NCBI GenBank assembly: GCA_900696645.1
Contig: CAADGV010000010.1
Location: 9,771-73,770 of the forward strand
Reading direction: 5' to 3'
Length of the DNA: 64,000 nt
Source: an uncultured Chlorobiota bacterium
Lineage (GTDB): Bacteria; Bacteroidota; Ignavibacteria; UBA10030; UBA6906
A model generated the notes under the pieces. That model worked only from the letters and a program-made list of their open reading frames with translations, was not told the DNA's origin and searched no databases. Of this stretch, positions 10,525-19,155 are shown in pieces. Both the position numbers and the translations under genes were made by a program. Position 1 is the stretch's first letter. Each line of letters begins with the position of its first letter.

Positions 10525-11402
10525 TGAGCCCGTTGGTGAGTATCATCGTGCCAGCATACAACAGAGCTTCGCTCATTGAGGAAACGCTCGAGAGTATCCG
10601 GCTGCAAACGTATCCTGCCATTGAGGTTATCGTTGTTGATGACGGTTCTACTGATGAGACCGTCAGTGTGATAAATAAATGGATTGAAGCAAATCGGGAG
10701 ATCAAAGCGGTTTGTTATGCATTGGGGAAGAACGCAGGAAAATCATCCGCTGTAAACTATGCGCTTGACCGGTTCTCCGGCGAGTTTGCTATGATTCTCG
10801 ATTCGGATGATTTATTGCTTCCGGACGGAATTGCGTCAGAAGTCCGATACCTCCTCGCGCGTACCGACGTTGGCATGGTTTCCGCTCGACCATACAAGCT
10901 CGATGGGAACAGGAAGACGAACATAACATTTGATGTTTTCAAAGACGAGGCAACATTTGATGACTTGGTGAACAAGCACGGCGACCTGCTTCTTAACGGA
11001 AATACGGTAATCTCTTCCACAGTCATGATGCGACGCGACGTTGTTCAACACACAGGACATTTTCGTCCCGACCTACGGTACACTCATGATTATGACTATT
11101 GGATCCGAGTGTCGCGAAGTTATAAAATTAGCTACTTGGCTCAACCTGTGATTTACTATAGGGTAAATTCAGTCGGCTCGTCGAGCATCAAACGGTTTGG
11201 AACGTTCCGGGAAATCTGCGCCTTGCTATTAGAAGAGCAACCATTGTATCCGATTGCGAGAGTGAGGAATGCTTTGCTTCGTGAAACTCGCGGCAACGCA
11301 TGGCTTGCGTATCATGATGCAAACTATATTGATATGATACGCATTGTTCTTCACGGTATTCTCACACTATTCCGAACATTGGTTCAGAGGCCGAAGAAAT
11401 GA
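10524..11402 (+). CDS. Family 2 glycosyltransferase
   Basis: VSIIVPAYNRASLIEETLESIRLQTY..IEVIVVDDGSTDET plus a DSDD motif. The start overlaps the upstream stop (TAATG). Confidence 0.85.
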   Translation: MSPLVSIIVPAYNRASLIEETLESIRLQTYPAIEVIVVDDGSTDETVSVINKWIEANREIKAVCYALGKNAGKSSAVNYALDRFSGEFAMILDSDDLLLPDGIASEVRYLLARTDVGMVSARPYKLDGNRKTNITFDVFKDEATFDDLVNKHGDLLLNGNTVISSTVMMRRDVVQHTGHFRPDLRYTHDYDYWIRVSRSYKISYLAQPVIYYRVNSVGSSSIKRFGTFREICALLLEEQPLYPIARVRNALLRETRGNAWLAYHDANYIDMIRIVLHGILTLFRTLVQRPKK

Positions 11403-12421
11403 CAGCAGGACTGGTCTCTGTTATTATCCCCTCATACAACGGAGAAGAATTCCTTGAGGCTGCACTGAAAAGTGTTCAGTGGCAGACATATCAATACTGG
11501 GAATGCATTCTTGTTGATGACGGGTCAACCGATGACACGGCTCTGGTGTTTGCGTCGTTTGCGAAAACAGATTCACGATTCCGATATCACCGTAAAGAAA
11601 ACGCAGGACCGGCAGCAGCGCGCAATACGGGAATCGAGTTTGCACAGGGGGAATTTATCCAGTTCCTGGATGACGATGATATTCTTTTGGAGGAAAGACT
11701 TGAACGCTGCCTGCATGAGTTTCGTCTGCACCCTGAAGCAGAGATAGTCAACAGTGAATATGTTTGCTACAGTAACAGCGAAGGATTCTATCGCTCCCTT
11801 CCATCACGCATACCTGACGGCGATACATTCATTGCGTTTCTGTGTGACCAGAACAGAACGTTTGCGACGCCTGTGCATTCATTCCTTTTCAAAAAGGAAA
11901 TTATAGAATCAAACAAATTTGATACATCGCTCGGATCTCACGCAGAAGATGTTGAATGTTGGGTGCGCATTGCAGAATCGGGTGCTCGATTTCAATCCTT
12001 TGATGATGTACAGGTTATTTACCGCTTCACGCGAGATTCATTGACACAGGATGAGGCGAAACTTCTTGCAACAAAAGTGACCGTATTGAACCGTTACGTC
12101 AATCATCCGAAAGTGATTCTCCATCATGATCACTTTCGCGACGCAATGAACTATTTCCAAGAGCATTACGCAATTGGATGCTTCATGAAGAGAGATTTTC
12201 GAAACGGATTGAAGGCAATGCGTGAGCAGTTTCCGGATTCAAGTTGGAAGGGAAGAATAAAGATGATCGGGTGGTTCGTCTCGATGATATTTGTTTCACG
12301 TCGGACTGTGGAAGCAACGCGTGCATGGATAGTGAGCCATACGCCGTTCAAATGGGGCGGATGGAAATACTACCGGCGTTGGACTCCCCCCGAGTCAGTT
12401 CGAAGATTGATGCTGTCGTAA
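11399..12421 (+). CDS. Family 2 glycosyltransferase
   Basis: VSVIIPSYNGEEFLEAALKSVQWQTY..CILVDDGSTDDT and a DDDD motif. ATGA overlap with the upstream gene. Confidence 0.85.
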   Translation: MTAGLVSVIIPSYNGEEFLEAALKSVQWQTYQYWECILVDDGSTDDTALVFASFAKTDSRFRYHRKENAGPAAARNTGIEFAQGEFIQFLDDDDILLEERLERCLHEFRLHPEAEIVNSEYVCYSNSEGFYRSLPSRIPDGDTFIAFLCDQNRTFATPVHSFLFKKEIIESNKFDTSLGSHAEDVECWVRIAESGARFQSFDDVQVIYRFTRDSLTQDEAKLLATKVTVLNRYVNHPKVILHHDHFRDAMNYFQEHYAIGCFMKRDFRNGLKAMREQFPDSSWKGRIKMIGWFVSMIFVSRRTVEATRAWIVSHTPFKWGGWKYYRRWTPPESVRRLMLS

Positions 12422-12471
12422 GTAGCTCGCGCCTGCTCGCCACATTCGATCGAACATACTACAAAAAAAAT

Positions 12472-13305
12472 ATGGTCTCTGTCATTATTGTCCAATTCAA
12501 TGGCGGTGAGTTGACTCGTGATGCCGTTACCACTTTCCGAGCAAGTAACAGAGGCGACTACGAAATTATCTTGATTGACAACAGTTCAACGCGGCGAGAA
12601 GAGGTCTCGCTGATACGTGATCTTGGCTGCACCATCATTGAAAACGAGGAGAATCTTGGTTTTGGACGCGCATGCAATCAAGGCGCTAATGTTGCTAAAG
12701 GCGATTTGCTCTTTTTCTTGAACAACGATACCAGAACATTACAAGATGTGATTCATCCGATTGAACTCTACTTCTCAATGCACCCGGAATGTGGTGTCTT
12801 GGGCGTTCGGCTCCTCAATGCGGATGGGACGGAACAATGTTCCACAGGAGAGTTTCCCTCGATCTTGTCGGAGTTGAAGACGAAATATGCTGCTGGGAGG
12901 CTCAATGTTGACAAAGCGGGCCCGGTTGATTGGGTAACCGGAGCCGCATTGATTGTTCCGAAAACGCTGTTCGTGCAAATCGGTGGATTTGACGAGCAGC
13001 TCTTTATGTATTTTGAGGATGCAGAATTATGCAAAAGAGTATGGAACGCAGGCTTCGAGGTCCACGTTACTCCTGAGTGCGAAATTGTTCATCTTGGAGC
13101 AGTTGGAAACGCAGACAACAAGCTTCCTCACATACAACTTGAGTACCGCAAGTCACAGCTTCGATATTACATGAAGCATACGTCAGTACTTCAGCAGTTG
13201 TTATTGCGGTGTTATTTGTTGCTCAAATTCGGTTGGCGTTGGCTCTTCGGTACGGCTGAGCAACGAGTTGTTGCCAAACTGATACTTCCAATTCTGTTCG
13301 TGTAA
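12472..13305 (+). CDS. Family 2 glycosyltransferase (rhamnosyltransferase-like)
   Basis: MVSVIIVQFNGGELT..IILIDNSS..GFGRACNQG..DEQLFMYFEDAELCKR. The ORF-track start at 12244 overlaps the previous gene, so ATG 12472 is preferred. Confidence 0.8.
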   Translation: MVSVIIVQFNGGELTRDAVTTFRASNRGDYEIILIDNSSTRREEVSLIRDLGCTIIENEENLGFGRACNQGANVAKGDLLFFLNNDTRTLQDVIHPIELYFSMHPECGVLGVRLLNADGTEQCSTGEFPSILSELKTKYAAGRLNVDKAGPVDWVTGAALIVPKTLFVQIGGFDEQLFMYFEDAELCKRVWNAGFEVHVTPECEIVHLGAVGNADNKLPHIQLEYRKSQLRYYMKHTSVLQQLLLRCYLLLKFGWRWLFGTAEQRVVAKLILPILFV

Positions 13306-13309
13306 CGAT

Positions 13310-14404
13310 ATGCATATCGGCATGGATGTTCGCAAATGCTTTGACTATGGCATTGGGACGTACATACAGAATCTACTCAGCCAGCTTGAGCGAAATGATG
13401 ACTGTCAGCTTACATTATTCGCGGAGCCTGATGCGGTGCAACTTCTTCGCAAAGAACACCGTGCAACGGTGATCGCAAATCCATCGCCAAAATACTCAAT
13501 TCAAGAATTGTTTACTGTATCGGCACAAGCGAACAAGGCGGAGGTCGAGTTGTTTCATTCACCCCATTACACACTGCCGTACAATTTGAAGTCCAAGAGA
13601 GTTGTAACGATCCATGATACCATTCACCTTTGCTTTCCGCAATATTTTTCGTCGCTTCAGCGAGCATATGCATGGTTCATGATCCGTCACGCTTGTACGA
13701 GCTCAGACATGATTATTGTGGACTCTGATTTTACGAAAGATGAGTTGCTGAAACGATTCCCAACTCCGCCGGGGAAAATTCGGACGATCCATCTTGGTGT
13801 GTCGGAAATATTCTTCTCCAAGAGAGAACCATTGAAGTTGGAACAGTTTCGTGCGAAGTACAATATTCTCAAGCCATACATACTCTACACAGGAAGTCTG
13901 AAGCCGCACAAGAATGTCGGACTGTTGGTTCGTGCGTTTGCTCGTTTGAAGAATAGAAAAGATCGCCAGCTGATATTTACCGGCGAAAATGTCAAAGATG
14001 TTTTTGAGCTAAATTGCCTGATTGACGATGAGGGGATTCGTAGTTCACTTATTGATCTTGGACGCCTCGCGAATAACGAGCTACTCCTCGCATATCAAGG
14101 CGCTCAATGTGTTGTGCTACCTTCGCTTCACGAAGGATTTGGATTGTCGCTTGTTGAAGCAATGGCAACCGGTACACCTGTACTTGGTGCCAACGCCACA
14201 TCAATTCCAGAAGTTCTGGGCGGAGCGGGCCTCCTTTTCGACCCTTTCTCCGTTGAAGACCTTACCTCAGCGCTTGAAAGAGTCGACAGCGACAGTGCAC
14301 TTCGTGATTCGCTCATCAAGAGAGGAAAGTTCCGCTCGCAGGAACTGTCATGGGAGCAGTGTGCCAAGCAAACAATGGAGGTATACAACCACGTTGTGGG
14401 TTAG
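13310..14404 (+). CDS. GT4-family (Glycos_transf_1) glycosyltransferase
   Basis: The C-terminal half contains LYTGSLKPHKN..VLPSLHEGFGLSLVEAMATGTPV, the EX7E-type retaining GT-B signature. Confidence 0.85.
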   Translation: MHIGMDVRKCFDYGIGTYIQNLLSQLERNDDCQLTLFAEPDAVQLLRKEHRATVIANPSPKYSIQELFTVSAQANKAEVELFHSPHYTLPYNLKSKRVVTIHDTIHLCFPQYFSSLQRAYAWFMIRHACTSSDMIIVDSDFTKDELLKRFPTPPGKIRTIHLGVSEIFFSKREPLKLEQFRAKYNILKPYILYTGSLKPHKNVGLLVRAFARLKNRKDRQLIFTGENVKDVFELNCLIDDEGIRSSLIDLGRLANNELLLAYQGAQCVVLPSLHEGFGLSLVEAMATGTPVLGANATSIPEVLGGAGLLFDPFSVEDLTSALERVDSDSALRDSLIKRGKFRSQELSWEQCAKQTMEVYNHVVG

Positions 14405-14419
14405 TAGGAATGACCTCAG

Positions 14420-15118
14420 GTGAAACGTAGTGCGATGTCCCTTGCGAGGGATCGCTTCAAAAAAGGATGTAAAGCAATGATTGAAAACCCTATAGATGTT
14501 TATCGTGCTGTTCGTGAGAGAATCCAGCAATACAAACTCGCTCATGCCTGGCGAAAGTCTGGGAAGGCTGGAGCGCCGCCACCTCATATCATCAAGGAAC
14601 AGATTATTCGTGAGTACGCGAAGAGATTTTCGACACCTGTCTTGATCGAAACAGGGACGTATTTCGGCGACACGGTTTACGCGATGAGAAAGAGATTTCG
14701 AAGAATCATATCAATCGAGCTGGATGAAGCTCTCTATCGCCGTGCAAAGACACGATTCAAGAACTTTGCGCATGTGGCCATACTCCACGGTGATAGTGCC
14801 GAGTTGTTGCCGACAATTCTACGTGAGGAGAAGGCGCGATGCTTGTTTTGGCTTGATGGGCATTATTCGGGCGGGCTCACCGCAAAAGGTCAGTATGAGA
14901 CCCCCGTTCTCGAAGAACTCAAGCACATAAAATCTGCAGGAGACGATCATATCATTTTGATTGATGATGCGCGACTCTTCCAGGGAAAGAATGACTATCC
15001 GACCATCGAATCTCTGGAATCATTCGTCAGAAGTCAGTGGCCGCGGAACATTTTTGCCGTTTCCGATGATATCATTCGCATTCATCCCCCGTTCGATGAA
15101 TCATCGGGTGGTGTGTGA
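14420..15118 (+). CDS. Putative class I SAM-dependent methyltransferase
   Basis: LIETGTYFGDT (motif I-like), ..ILHGDS.., LFWLDGHYSGG, ILIDDARLF. It is the last gene of the polysaccharide locus. The start is uncertain (GTG 14420 or ATG 14435). Confidence 0.5.
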   Translation: MKRSAMSLARDRFKKGCKAMIENPIDVYRAVRERIQQYKLAHAWRKSGKAGAPPPHIIKEQIIREYAKRFSTPVLIETGTYFGDTVYAMRKRFRRIISIELDEALYRRAKTRFKNFAHVAILHGDSAELLPTILREEKARCLFWLDGHYSGGLTAKGQYETPVLEELKHIKSAGDDHIILIDDARLFQGKNDYPTIESLESFVRSQWPRNIFAVSDDIIRIHPPFDESSGGV

Positions 15119-15714
15119 TGAACATCGGCATCCTCGGCGGCACGTTCAATCCGCCCCACATCGGACACTTGATTGTTGCCGAACATGTAAGAACAGAGCT
15201 GGCGCTTGACCGTATTCTTTTCATACCGGCAGCGACCCCTCCGCACAAAGTGAATGACGGAATTATTGACGCGCATCATCGGGTTCAGATGCTTCGTCTT
15301 GCAACTCAGGGTAATCCCCACGTTGATGTCGCCGAAATTGAAATCGCCCGCGGCGGCGTTTCCTACACGGCTGATACACTTCAACAGTTGCATGTCGAAC
15401 ATCCCTCCGATCAGTTCTTTCTTCTTATTGGTATGGATAATCTGTTGGAGTTTCACACGTGGAGGTCACCCGAAGCTATTCTTGAATTGGCAACCGTAGT
15501 TGTTATGACGCGTCCCGGCTTTGCGCCGCACGATGTGCCTGCGGCAATGCGGGAGAAGGTAGTGATCTGTCCCGTGCCTGAAATTGATATTGCTTCGCGG
15601 CAAATTCGCAAACGCGTTGCAGAAGGGAAATCCATCAGATACTTGGTACCGGATTCCGTGCGTGAGTACATCACTCGCTTCGAATTGTACCGTGCAGTAC
15701 CGGATAGGCATTGA
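15118..15714 (+). CDS. nadD: Nicotinate-nucleotide adenylyltransferase
   Basis: GILGGTFNPPHIGHL (HxGH motif) and ISSTxIR-like IASRQIRKR. The ATG overlaps the upstream TGA by 1 nt. Confidence 0.9.
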   Translation: MNIGILGGTFNPPHIGHLIVAEHVRTELALDRILFIPAATPPHKVNDGIIDAHHRVQMLRLATQGNPHVDVAEIEIARGGVSYTADTLQQLHVEHPSDQFFLLIGMDNLLEFHTWRSPEAILELATVVVMTRPGFAPHDVPAAMREKVVICPVPEIDIASRQIRKRVAEGKSIRYLVPDSVREYITRFELYRAVPDRH

Positions 15715-15769
15715 ATATCGTTCAGCGGTTGGGTAGATTGTTATCGGAAACTGGACCAGCATAACCGTT

Positions 15770-15988
15770 TATCGGGAACTTACTGCGCTGCGCGATCCGT
15801 TCATCGAGTTGGCGGCGGCGCTGTCTCCTGCATACGAAGAGCTGAGGCAACGTCGCCGCTGGCGTGATGGGGCGTTATCGAAACTGTACGGCCAGTTAGT
15901 TGATGTGAAGGAGCAGTTCATGGAAAGGGATTTCATTCCTGACGCGAACAGCACGCTTCGTCTTACGTTCACGATCTATTGCCGTTGA
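15770..15988 (+). pseudogene. Remnant of an S46 (DPP7/DPP11-type) dipeptidyl-peptidase gene, internal/C-terminal fragment only
   Basis: The + strand reads ..LRDPFIELAAALSPAYEELRQ...LYGQLVDVKEQFMERDFIPDANSTLRLTFT then stops. FxPDANxTLRLTYG is an S46 hallmark as I recall it. There is no start codon or catalytic region. Confidence 0.45.
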
Positions 15989-16102
15989 CATCAGGTATGT
16001 GTTGCGGGTGACGGAGAAATTCGCCGGTGCACATCATCTGCTGCATGAAATGGGAGCAAGCGTTTCAAACTAACATATCAAGAACTTTCTGTCTGATTTT
16101 AT

Positions 16103-16468
16103 ATGCAGATCTACATAGGAAATCTACCGACAAAAGTCGGCGATGCGGAACTCAAAGCAATGTTCGAGCCGTTCGGCAAAGTCACTGCCGCGACGGTTGG
16201 CCGGGACAAGAAGACCGAAGAATCACAGGGATATGGCTTCGTCGAAATGCCTGTGAAGTCGGAAGCGCGTGCTGCGATTGATGCGTTGAGGGGCAAGGAA
16301 ATGGAAGGCAAGCCTCTCCGCGTTAAGGCCCTCAAACCGGGAGATGCGTTCGGTCAGCACGCGCACAACATGCACGACAGCACAAAACCGATGGGAGGCG
16401 GGTTTAATGCCGGCAAGCAGCCACGGGGCACAGGCGCAATACGAAGAGGCGGACAGAGAGGAAGTTGA
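16103..16468 (+). CDS. RRM-type RNA-binding protein with a Gly/Arg-rich tail
   Basis: IYIGNL (RNP2) and GYGFVEM (RNP1) motifs, with a C-terminal RRGGQRGS tail. Confidence 0.85.
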   Translation: MQIYIGNLPTKVGDAELKAMFEPFGKVTAATVGRDKKTEESQGYGFVEMPVKSEARAAIDALRGKEMEGKPLRVKALKPGDAFGQHAHNMHDSTKPMGGGFNAGKQPRGTGAIRRGGQRGS

Positions 16469-16471
16469 GAA

Positions 16472-17020
16472 ATGCTGTCACGTCGGGTGTTGTTCGCAAT
16501 TATTCTTTTCGTCGTAGCAGGCTCGAATGTGTCGCGCTCGCAGGATCACAAGGTTGCCGTGCAGGTGAAACTCTCCCACGACAAAGTTGCTGCCGGATCA
16601 GCTATCCACGCAATGGTCATTGTCGGGATTCATGACGGATGGCATATCAATTCAGCGACGCCTTCCGACGAGAATCAGATTGAATCCGTTGTGAGTATAA
16701 AAGCTATCGACGGCATTGGCATTGACACGATGCGTTATCCGCCGGGTGTGTTGCGGGATTTCGGGTTTTCGGATGTTCCGCTTGATGTGTATGAGGGGTC
16801 TGTGAATATTCTTGTAACGCTGCACGCAGCCGAACAGACAAAGCCCGGCAAATACTTGATTCCGATGTCGCTGGCTTATCAGGCATGCAACGACAATATC
16901 TGTCTCGCTCCGACAAGTGTCACGATTGATGTTCCATTGGAGGTTGTTGCAGCAGGCGAAGATGGTATTCCAATCAATCAAGAACTATTCAAGTCTTACC
17001 TCGAGGAGAACCATCGTTGA
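16472..17020 (+). CDS. Secreted protein with a DsbD N-terminal (DsbD-alpha-like) domain
   Basis: Signal peptide. HINS and YQACNDNICLAPTS resemble the DsbD-alpha YQGC..C.P cysteine pair. Confidence 0.6.
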   Translation: MLSRRVLFAIILFVVAGSNVSRSQDHKVAVQVKLSHDKVAAGSAIHAMVIVGIHDGWHINSATPSDENQIESVVSIKAIDGIGIDTMRYPPGVLRDFGFSDVPLDVYEGSVNILVTLHAAEQTKPGKYLIPMSLAYQACNDNICLAPTSVTIDVPLEVVAAGEDGIPINQELFKSYLEENHR

Positions 17021-17051
17021 TTACTGTCGGGATCACAAAAAGGAAAACTCG

Positions 17052-19040
17052 ATGAAACGTTTTGTGTGGTTGACTCTGCTATGCGATCTGATGTTGTTTG
17101 CCGGTGTGTTCGCGCAACAGGATTCGGCTGCCTACCGCGCAGCAACAACTATTTCCGATCCGCTTCAAAAAATCAATGCGCTGCAGGATTTCCTGAAACA
17201 GTATCCCGACAGCAAACTGCGAACCCGAGCCTTCGATGGCTTGTTCGACCTGCATGTTGAACGGGGCAATGAACAAGAGGCCCTCGAAGCCGCGGACAAC
17301 TCTCTCCGGACTCTCACACCCGAAAACCGCATGAGTCCGTACAATCGCTTTGCGTACAATCTCGCAAAGAACAACATCGGGCTGGATTCGGCGCTTCTGT
17401 ACATTGATCGGGCAATCGAAATGGCCGGAACGTCGCGCAATCTCTCCGGCTATCAGGATACGAAAGCGTATGTTCTTTACCGCCTCGGCAGATTTGTTGA
17501 AGCAGAGGAGTTGCAAAGAATCGCAATCAAGGGTCATGAAGATGATTACGAGTATCTCAGCAATCTTGCTCTGTACGAAAACGCCAACGGGAAAGTGCAG
17601 GATGGATTGCAAACAATGGCGAAGGCTTTGTACTTCGGGGCCGATCAGGAATCGAAACAGCATTTTCTTGAGTGGATTGACAAAGCGGAAAAAGATCAAG
17701 CGAAGCGCCATGCACTGAAACAAACTGTTTTCATGTCTGCTGTCCGCTCGCTGACCGACACACTCAAAGGTTCTGCACTTATCTCGGCGCGCAGCAACGC
17801 AGCGACTGTGATGGCGGATCTCGGTGTTGACCTCAATACTGCCCGCCAATGGTCGGAGAATGCGGTGAAATCGCTGAACAAAAAATCCCCGGTCAACGAT
17901 GTCGTGCAGTTCAGGCAGAGTCTTGCTCTCGTGCTTTGCGCGCAAGGAGCATACAAGGATGCTCTTGCACATCTTCAGTCAATTGAATCGTTGGTCGATC
18001 CGTACGAAAGCAGATGCTGGCTTACGCTGGGAAAGACGCATGAACAGCTTGGGAATCGCCGTCCTGCTATTATCGCGTACATGAATGGCCTCATTGCAAG
18101 AAATGATAAGACCTTACGCTCGGCGTTGGAAACAGTCTACACAAAAGAATACGGTTCATTGGATGGCATTGAGAAAGAACTCGACTCATTGCGGCAATCA
18201 AGCGCAAGTGTTGAACCGGGGCATTACGGAAAACCATCCACGCCGAACGGCAAGGTTGTTCTTGCCGAATTATTCACCGGCGCGGAATGCGGGCCTTGCG
18301 CGAGTTCTGATCTTGCGTTTGACGCCTTGACCGAATATTACCCGCGTACAGTGCTGGCGATTCTTGAATATCATGTTCACATACCCGGCCCCGACCCGAT
18401 GACAATTGATGAATCGTGGGACCGGTACTCGTGGTACGCGGGACAGGGAACGCCAACGGTTGTGATCGACGGGAGAGAATCAATAATCGGCGGCGGTCCG
18501 AAAACTGTCACCCGAAACCGGTTCGGTGTGTATCAGTTTGCGATTAAGAAGTTTGAGGCCGAGAAGCCGCGTGCACGGCTTTCGTTATCCGTTACGCGAG
18601 AGGGAGATGACATTGCCGCGACGATCGGCGTTGCCGGGACGAATTCAACGGGAAGAGTGGGAAAAAGTGTTGTACATGTTGCGTTGGTGGAACGTTCAGT
18701 TGATTACACAGGCGCCAACGGAATTTCGAGACATGCTTTTGTTGTTCGCCGGATGATGGATGATGCAAGTGGAACTATCGTCTCACCGCAACAAAAGGAG
18801 GCATCGTTCAACAAGCGAGTAAACGTTGCGGAAGTTGAGCAGAGAATAAAGGAGTATCTCGATAATCCTTCGGCCCAACGTTCGTGGACTTACCGCAGGC
18901 CGTTCACAGGGTGGCGGGCCCGTCCGGAAATACTCGACCGCTCCAATCTTGCAATCGTGGCCTGGGTACAGGATGTTGAATCGAAGGAGGTATTGCAGGC
19001 GGCATATCAGGATGTGCCGGCAATAGTGGGAACGCATTAA
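17052..19040 (+). CDS. Secreted TPR-repeat protein with a C-terminal thioredoxin-like domain (CGPC)
   Basis: Signal peptide MKRFVWLTLLCDLMLFAGVFA, a TPR-like helical N-terminal half, and AELFTGAECGPCASSD in the C-terminal half. The ORF-track start at 16917 overlaps the upstream gene. Confidence 0.7.
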   Translation: MKRFVWLTLLCDLMLFAGVFAQQDSAAYRAATTISDPLQKINALQDFLKQYPDSKLRTRAFDGLFDLHVERGNEQEALEAADNSLRTLTPENRMSPYNRFAYNLAKNNIGLDSALLYIDRAIEMAGTSRNLSGYQDTKAYVLYRLGRFVEAEELQRIAIKGHEDDYEYLSNLALYENANGKVQDGLQTMAKALYFGADQESKQHFLEWIDKAEKDQAKRHALKQTVFMSAVRSLTDTLKGSALISARSNAATVMADLGVDLNTARQWSENAVKSLNKKSPVNDVVQFRQSLALVLCAQGAYKDALAHLQSIESLVDPYESRCWLTLGKTHEQLGNRRPAIIAYMNGLIARNDKTLRSALETVYTKEYGSLDGIEKELDSLRQSSASVEPGHYGKPSTPNGKVVLAELFTGAECGPCASSDLAFDALTEYYPRTVLAILEYHVHIPGPDPMTIDESWDRYSWYAGQGTPTVVIDGRESIIGGGPKTVTRNRFGVYQFAIKKFEAEKPRARLSLSVTREGDDIAATIGVAGTNSTGRVGKSVVHVALVERSVDYTGANGISRHAFVVRRMMDDASGTIVSPQQKEASFNKRVNVAEVEQRIKEYLDNPSAQRSWTYRRPFTGWRARPEILDRSNLAIVAWVQDVESKEVLQAAYQDVPAIVGTH

Positions 19041-19123
19041 CCGGTCCTGGAAATCTTATTCTGGAACGGACATGCGGTCGCGGGTGTTGCTAATGCCAAG
19101 AGGCGGTTGCAACGCAACGAAGT

Positions 19124-19139
19124 ATGATTCATGAATCAT
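19124..19139. promoter_or_regulatory. Perfect 16-bp palindrome ATGATTCATGAATCAT, putative operator
   Basis: Exact self-complementarity read from the sequence. It lies 17 nt upstream of the aldo/keto reductase start and next to the AAGGAG RBS. Confidence 0.3.
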
Positions 19140-19155
19140 ATCCAAGGAGTTTCCG

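Noticed and set aside
12463-12470. A8 tract as a possible phase-variation switch for the third GT2 gene
   Set aside because: It lies immediately upstream of the preferred start ATG 12472 (the typical GT2 N-terminus MVSVIIVQFN), so length changes would not shift the reading frame. Any effect on translation initiation is speculative.
15769-15972. 67-aa minus-strand ORF in the nadD-RRM gap
   Set aside because: The opposite strand gives an S46-peptidase-like peptide, so the region is better explained as a pseudogene remnant.
17079-17972. 297-aa minus-strand ORF
   Set aside because: It is antisense to the TPR/thioredoxin gene, which has a signal peptide and recognisable motifs. The antisense product has none.
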